A DNA stretch of 64,000 bases. Origin: an uncultured Ignavibacteria bacterium. Its GTDB lineage: Bacteria > Bacteroidota > Ignavibacteria > UBA10030 > UBA6906. The notes under the pieces are model-generated. The model was not told the origin of the DNA. It was given only the letters and a program-made list of their open reading frames with translations, and ran no database searches. The stretch covers positions 141,323 through 205,322 of the forward strand of contig CAVPBI010000013.1 in assembly GCA_963701735.1 (NCBI GenBank), read 5' to 3'. The translations under genes were made by a program, and so were the position numbers. Each line of letters starts with the position of its first letter. The first letter of the stretch is position 1. Shown piece by piece: positions 61,802-64,000 of the stretch.

Positions 61802-62709
61802 CGAGCCTCCGTTGCGTACCGGACGAAATACAGTTCACCGGCCATGGACACGCACGCGATCAGCTCCTCGACGGGGGAACATGCGGGGTACATCGCGTTG
61901 AAGGCCCCGGTTCCCGACAGCTCCACCGGAGGGCCTCCCTCGCGCTTCACGGCAATGAGGCGCGAGCCGACAAACTGATGACCGTCGTCCCGGTCGTCCA
62001 TGCAGACAAGCCACAGGCCGTCACGGGTCCACGCCGGAGCCCTGTACGGCCCCAGAACGACGGCCTCCGATCCGTCCAGCCGGCACACGAAGGCACCCTG
62101 GACGAGCTCATAAGCCGCAAGGCGAGTCTTGTCCGGAGACAGCACGGGCCACACGTACCGGCCGGCGCCGAGCGGCTCCAGCAATCTCCGGGCGCCCCCC
62201 GACATCACCGCGATCTTCAACTGCTCGATGCCGAGCACCGCAGTCATGGGGGCGTTCGAGACCGGTGCGGAGAGATCCCGTTCATCGACCCGGGCGATCA
62301 CCTGATTCCCCGCGAAGGCCGGGGTCCCCACGCTGCGTCCCGAGCCGAGCGTTTCCGCGGCTCCTGTCGTGAGGTCCACGGCGACGATCTCCTGCCGGCG
62401 CGATCGGGACGGCTCGTCGTAGGAGGACCGTCGGTATGCAATCCGTCTTCCGTCATCGGAGAGCGCAAAGCCGAATCCCGACCCCTGGTCGGCCGTGATC
62501 ATCCGGAGCCCCCCGGTTGCGATCGTGTGCTCCCAGATCCCGCGGTAGTCAGGCGGGGTCAGGTACACACGCGCGCCGTCGGGCGAAAACCTGACGCCGC
62601 CCCATGCGTGGTCATCCACAAGCGAGGCGCGCTCTACAGCGGTGACGCGCACCTGTGCCTGCAACGGCAGCGCCCATGCGAGAACCAGCGCGACAACGAA
62701 CTTTGTCAT
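61798..62709 (-). CDS. secreted TolB-like beta-propeller protein
   Basis: MTKFVVALVLAWALPLQAQ signal; WD40-like/TolB-like repeats (…SPDGARVYLTP…, …SDDGRRIAYRR…, …SPDKTRLAAYEL…). Confidence 0.55.
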   Translation of the reverse strand: MTKFVVALVLAWALPLQAQVRVTAVERASLVDDHAWGGVRFSPDGARVYLTPPDYRGIWEHTIATGGLRMITADQGSGFGFALSDDGRRIAYRRSSYDEPSRSRRQEIVAVDLTTGAAETLGSGRSVGTPAFAGNQVIARVDERDLSAPVSNAPMTAVLGIEQLKIAVMSGGARRLLEPLGAGRYVWPVLSPDKTRLAAYELVQGAFVCRLDGSEAVVLGPYRAPAWTRDGLWLVCMDDRDDGHQFVGSRLIAVKREGGPPVELSGTGAFNAMYPACSPVEELIACVSMAGELYFVRYATEAR

Positions 62710-62761
62710 ACACCTCCTTGCTACGCCGCGGCGGCTGTGTGAAACGCCGACGCGCCGCACA

Positions 62762-64000
62762 TCAGCCCCGTGCCTCGGTCAGCTGCTTCAGCTCGCGCAC
62801 CTTCTCCTGAAACTCCGGCAGCTCCATCTCCTTCAGGAAGATCATGCCTCTCGCAGCCCGAAGCCGCGGATGCGCGTGATGCAGGAAGAACTCGCTTCCC
62901 AGGCACGTCTTGATCATGCCGTACTGCTCCACCTGGATCTTCTGCGCGAGCTCGGAGAACGGACCGTCGTGCTCGTAACTCGGGAACGACGCCGCGCTCT
63001 GGGACCCGAAGCAGTTCATGAACGCCGTGTGCAGGAGCGAGAGGGAGTTGAGCGACACCGGAACCATCAGGTTGGCCTCCGAGGTATGGAAGCGATACCA
63101 CACGTTCCGGTACCCCCACACGCGGATGTTCTGCTCGCCGGTCTCCTTCTGGTACATGCGAAGCGCTTCGGCCACCGCCTGCAGCGCCTTGTAATGCGTG
63201 TCGGGACCGCTCCCTTCCGGATCGAACGCCACGGAGACCACGTTCGGCTTGACCTGCTTCAGGAGCTGGAGCAGCGGAATGACGTCGCGGTCCACTTCGG
63301 GCTCTTCCGAGAAGATGTCGCCCTTGTAGAATCCCAGCCGGAGGGCGGAAATGGCCGAGGCCTCGATCCCGAAGTACGCCCAGAGCAACTCCACCTCCCA
63401 CTCGCGGATGGTGCCCTTGAACATCTGGAGATCCGGCGGATCCTTGGCTCCGGGGTACTGGGTGACGAAGTACTCGTGGAGTTCGCGGGTCCTCAGCTTC
63501 AGGACTTTCATGTCGGACGTGCGGTACACCTCGATGAGGTTCCGGAGCATCCGCCGGGCTTCCGCCTCCTCCTTCATTTCGTCACTCCTCCCGGCAACGC
63601 CGTCAAGGAAGAGATAGACGTCTTCCATCCGCCTGACGACGTCCTGCGGCCGGAAGTACCCGGCGCGCAGCATGGCGGTGAATTCGGGCGTATCGAGATG
63701 ACGCTCCAGCTTCTCCACCAGCCCGAGGCAGTACGGGTTCGAGACCGCCGTGAAGCCGGACGTGATATTGGCAAAATAGTGGTGGTTCGAGGGGTCGCGC
63801 ACCAGGTGGTAGATGTGGGCCAGATAGGCGAGCATGATGTCGTCATGGTGCGGCTCCGTGTGGAGGAACACCGTGTTCGACACGCTTTTCAGCCCGCGCT
63901 CGATCTTCGCCACCATCCGCTCGTGCACGCCGGTCGCCAGCGCAGCGCCGTCCCCTCCTGCCTTCGCAAGCAGCAATCTGGCGAATCGGTCCCTGTCCAG
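62762..64000 (-). CDS. LmbE/PIG-L-like deacetylase domain protein (tentative), 5' end beyond window
   Basis: …VFLHTEPHHDDIMLAYLAHI… resembles PIG-L HxDD zinc motif; >404 aa, reading frame continues off window end. Confidence 0.4.
   Translation of the reverse strand: MDRDRFARLLLAKAGGDGAALATGVHERMVAKIERGLKSVSNTVFLHTEPHHDDIMLAYLAHIYHLVRDPSNHHYFANITSGFTAVSNPYCLGLVEKLERHLDTPEFTAMLRAGYFRPQDVVRRMEDVYLFLDGVAGRSDEMKEEAEARRMLRNLIEVYRTSDMKVLKLRTRELHEYFVTQYPGAKDPPDLQMFKGTIREWEVELLWAYFGIEASAISALRLGFYKGDIFSEEPEVDRDVIPLLQLLKQVKPNVVSVAFDPEGSGPDTHYKALQAVAEALRMYQKETGEQNIRVWGYRNVWYRFHTSEANLMVPVSLNSLSLLHTAFMNCFGSQSAASFPSYEHDGPFSELAQKIQVEQYGMIKTCLGSEFFLHHAHPRLRAARGMIFLKEMELPEFQEKVRELKQLTEARG

Overview
High-GC (~68%) bacterial contig, gene-dense and almost entirely minus-strand over 1-37 kb and 45-64 kb. 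Several proteins end in type IX secretion (T9SS) C-terminal sorting domains (YPNPFNP...GVYxxRL...K) and there is a PorV-like outer-membrane protein, so this is probably an FCB-superphylum (Gemmatimonadota/Bacteroidota-like) genome or MAG. No rRNA, tRNA, CRISPR array, transposase or integrase was seen.

Content by region:
- ~1-23 kb: a polysaccharide-utilisation-type locus. It holds six-hairpin glycosidase-like proteins, a Zn alcohol dehydrogenase, a sugar ABC transporter (substrate-binding protein plus two permeases), a PorV-like OMP, a >1000-aa T9SS cargo protein, a TonB-dependent receptor, a LacI regulator, and a T9SS cargo made of three near-identical ~1.1-kb tandem units, each encoding two CBM4/9-like carbohydrate-binding modules.
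- 23-37 kb: membrane methyltransferase plus an ArnT/GT39-like glycosyltransferase, a CBS protein, T9SS/OM proteins, and a FecI/FecR/STN-TonB-receptor cell-surface-signalling system with a TGATCA-core repeat array upstream of the ECF sigma gene.
- 37.3-42.6 kb (the only + strand block): a tight five-gene operon. Three small Thr/Ser/Ala-rich secreted paralogs with a shared C-terminal beta-strand motif are followed by a two-domain periplasmic beta-sandwich protein and a 909-aa outer-membrane protein (N-terminal beta-sandwiches, beta-barrel, C-terminal CarbPepD-like domains). A GC hairpin closes it. The best reading is a chaperone-usher-like (archaic/SCPU-type or analogous) surface-fibre assembly system that is not described for this kind of T9SS-bearing lineage. 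This is the top candidate for a novel system.
- 42.7-50.9 kb: a PDZ/multi-TM/GAF/PP2C phosphatase, a receiver protein, a TauE exporter, a HAD hydrolase, PdxB, and a ComF-like PRTase-TM-SH3 protein.
- 50.9-64 kb: a peptidoglycan-recycling cluster (NagZ fused to a beta-lactamase-fold hydrolase, GlcNAc kinase, AmpG, GNAT, and a T9SS-sorted AmiC-like amidase), a HIT-like/GT2 pair, a TolB-like protein and a partial deacetylase-like gene.

Caveat: at least ~25 apparent single-base frameshifts break otherwise obvious genes, including the repeat array. This suggests an indel-prone assembly rather than mass pseudogenisation.
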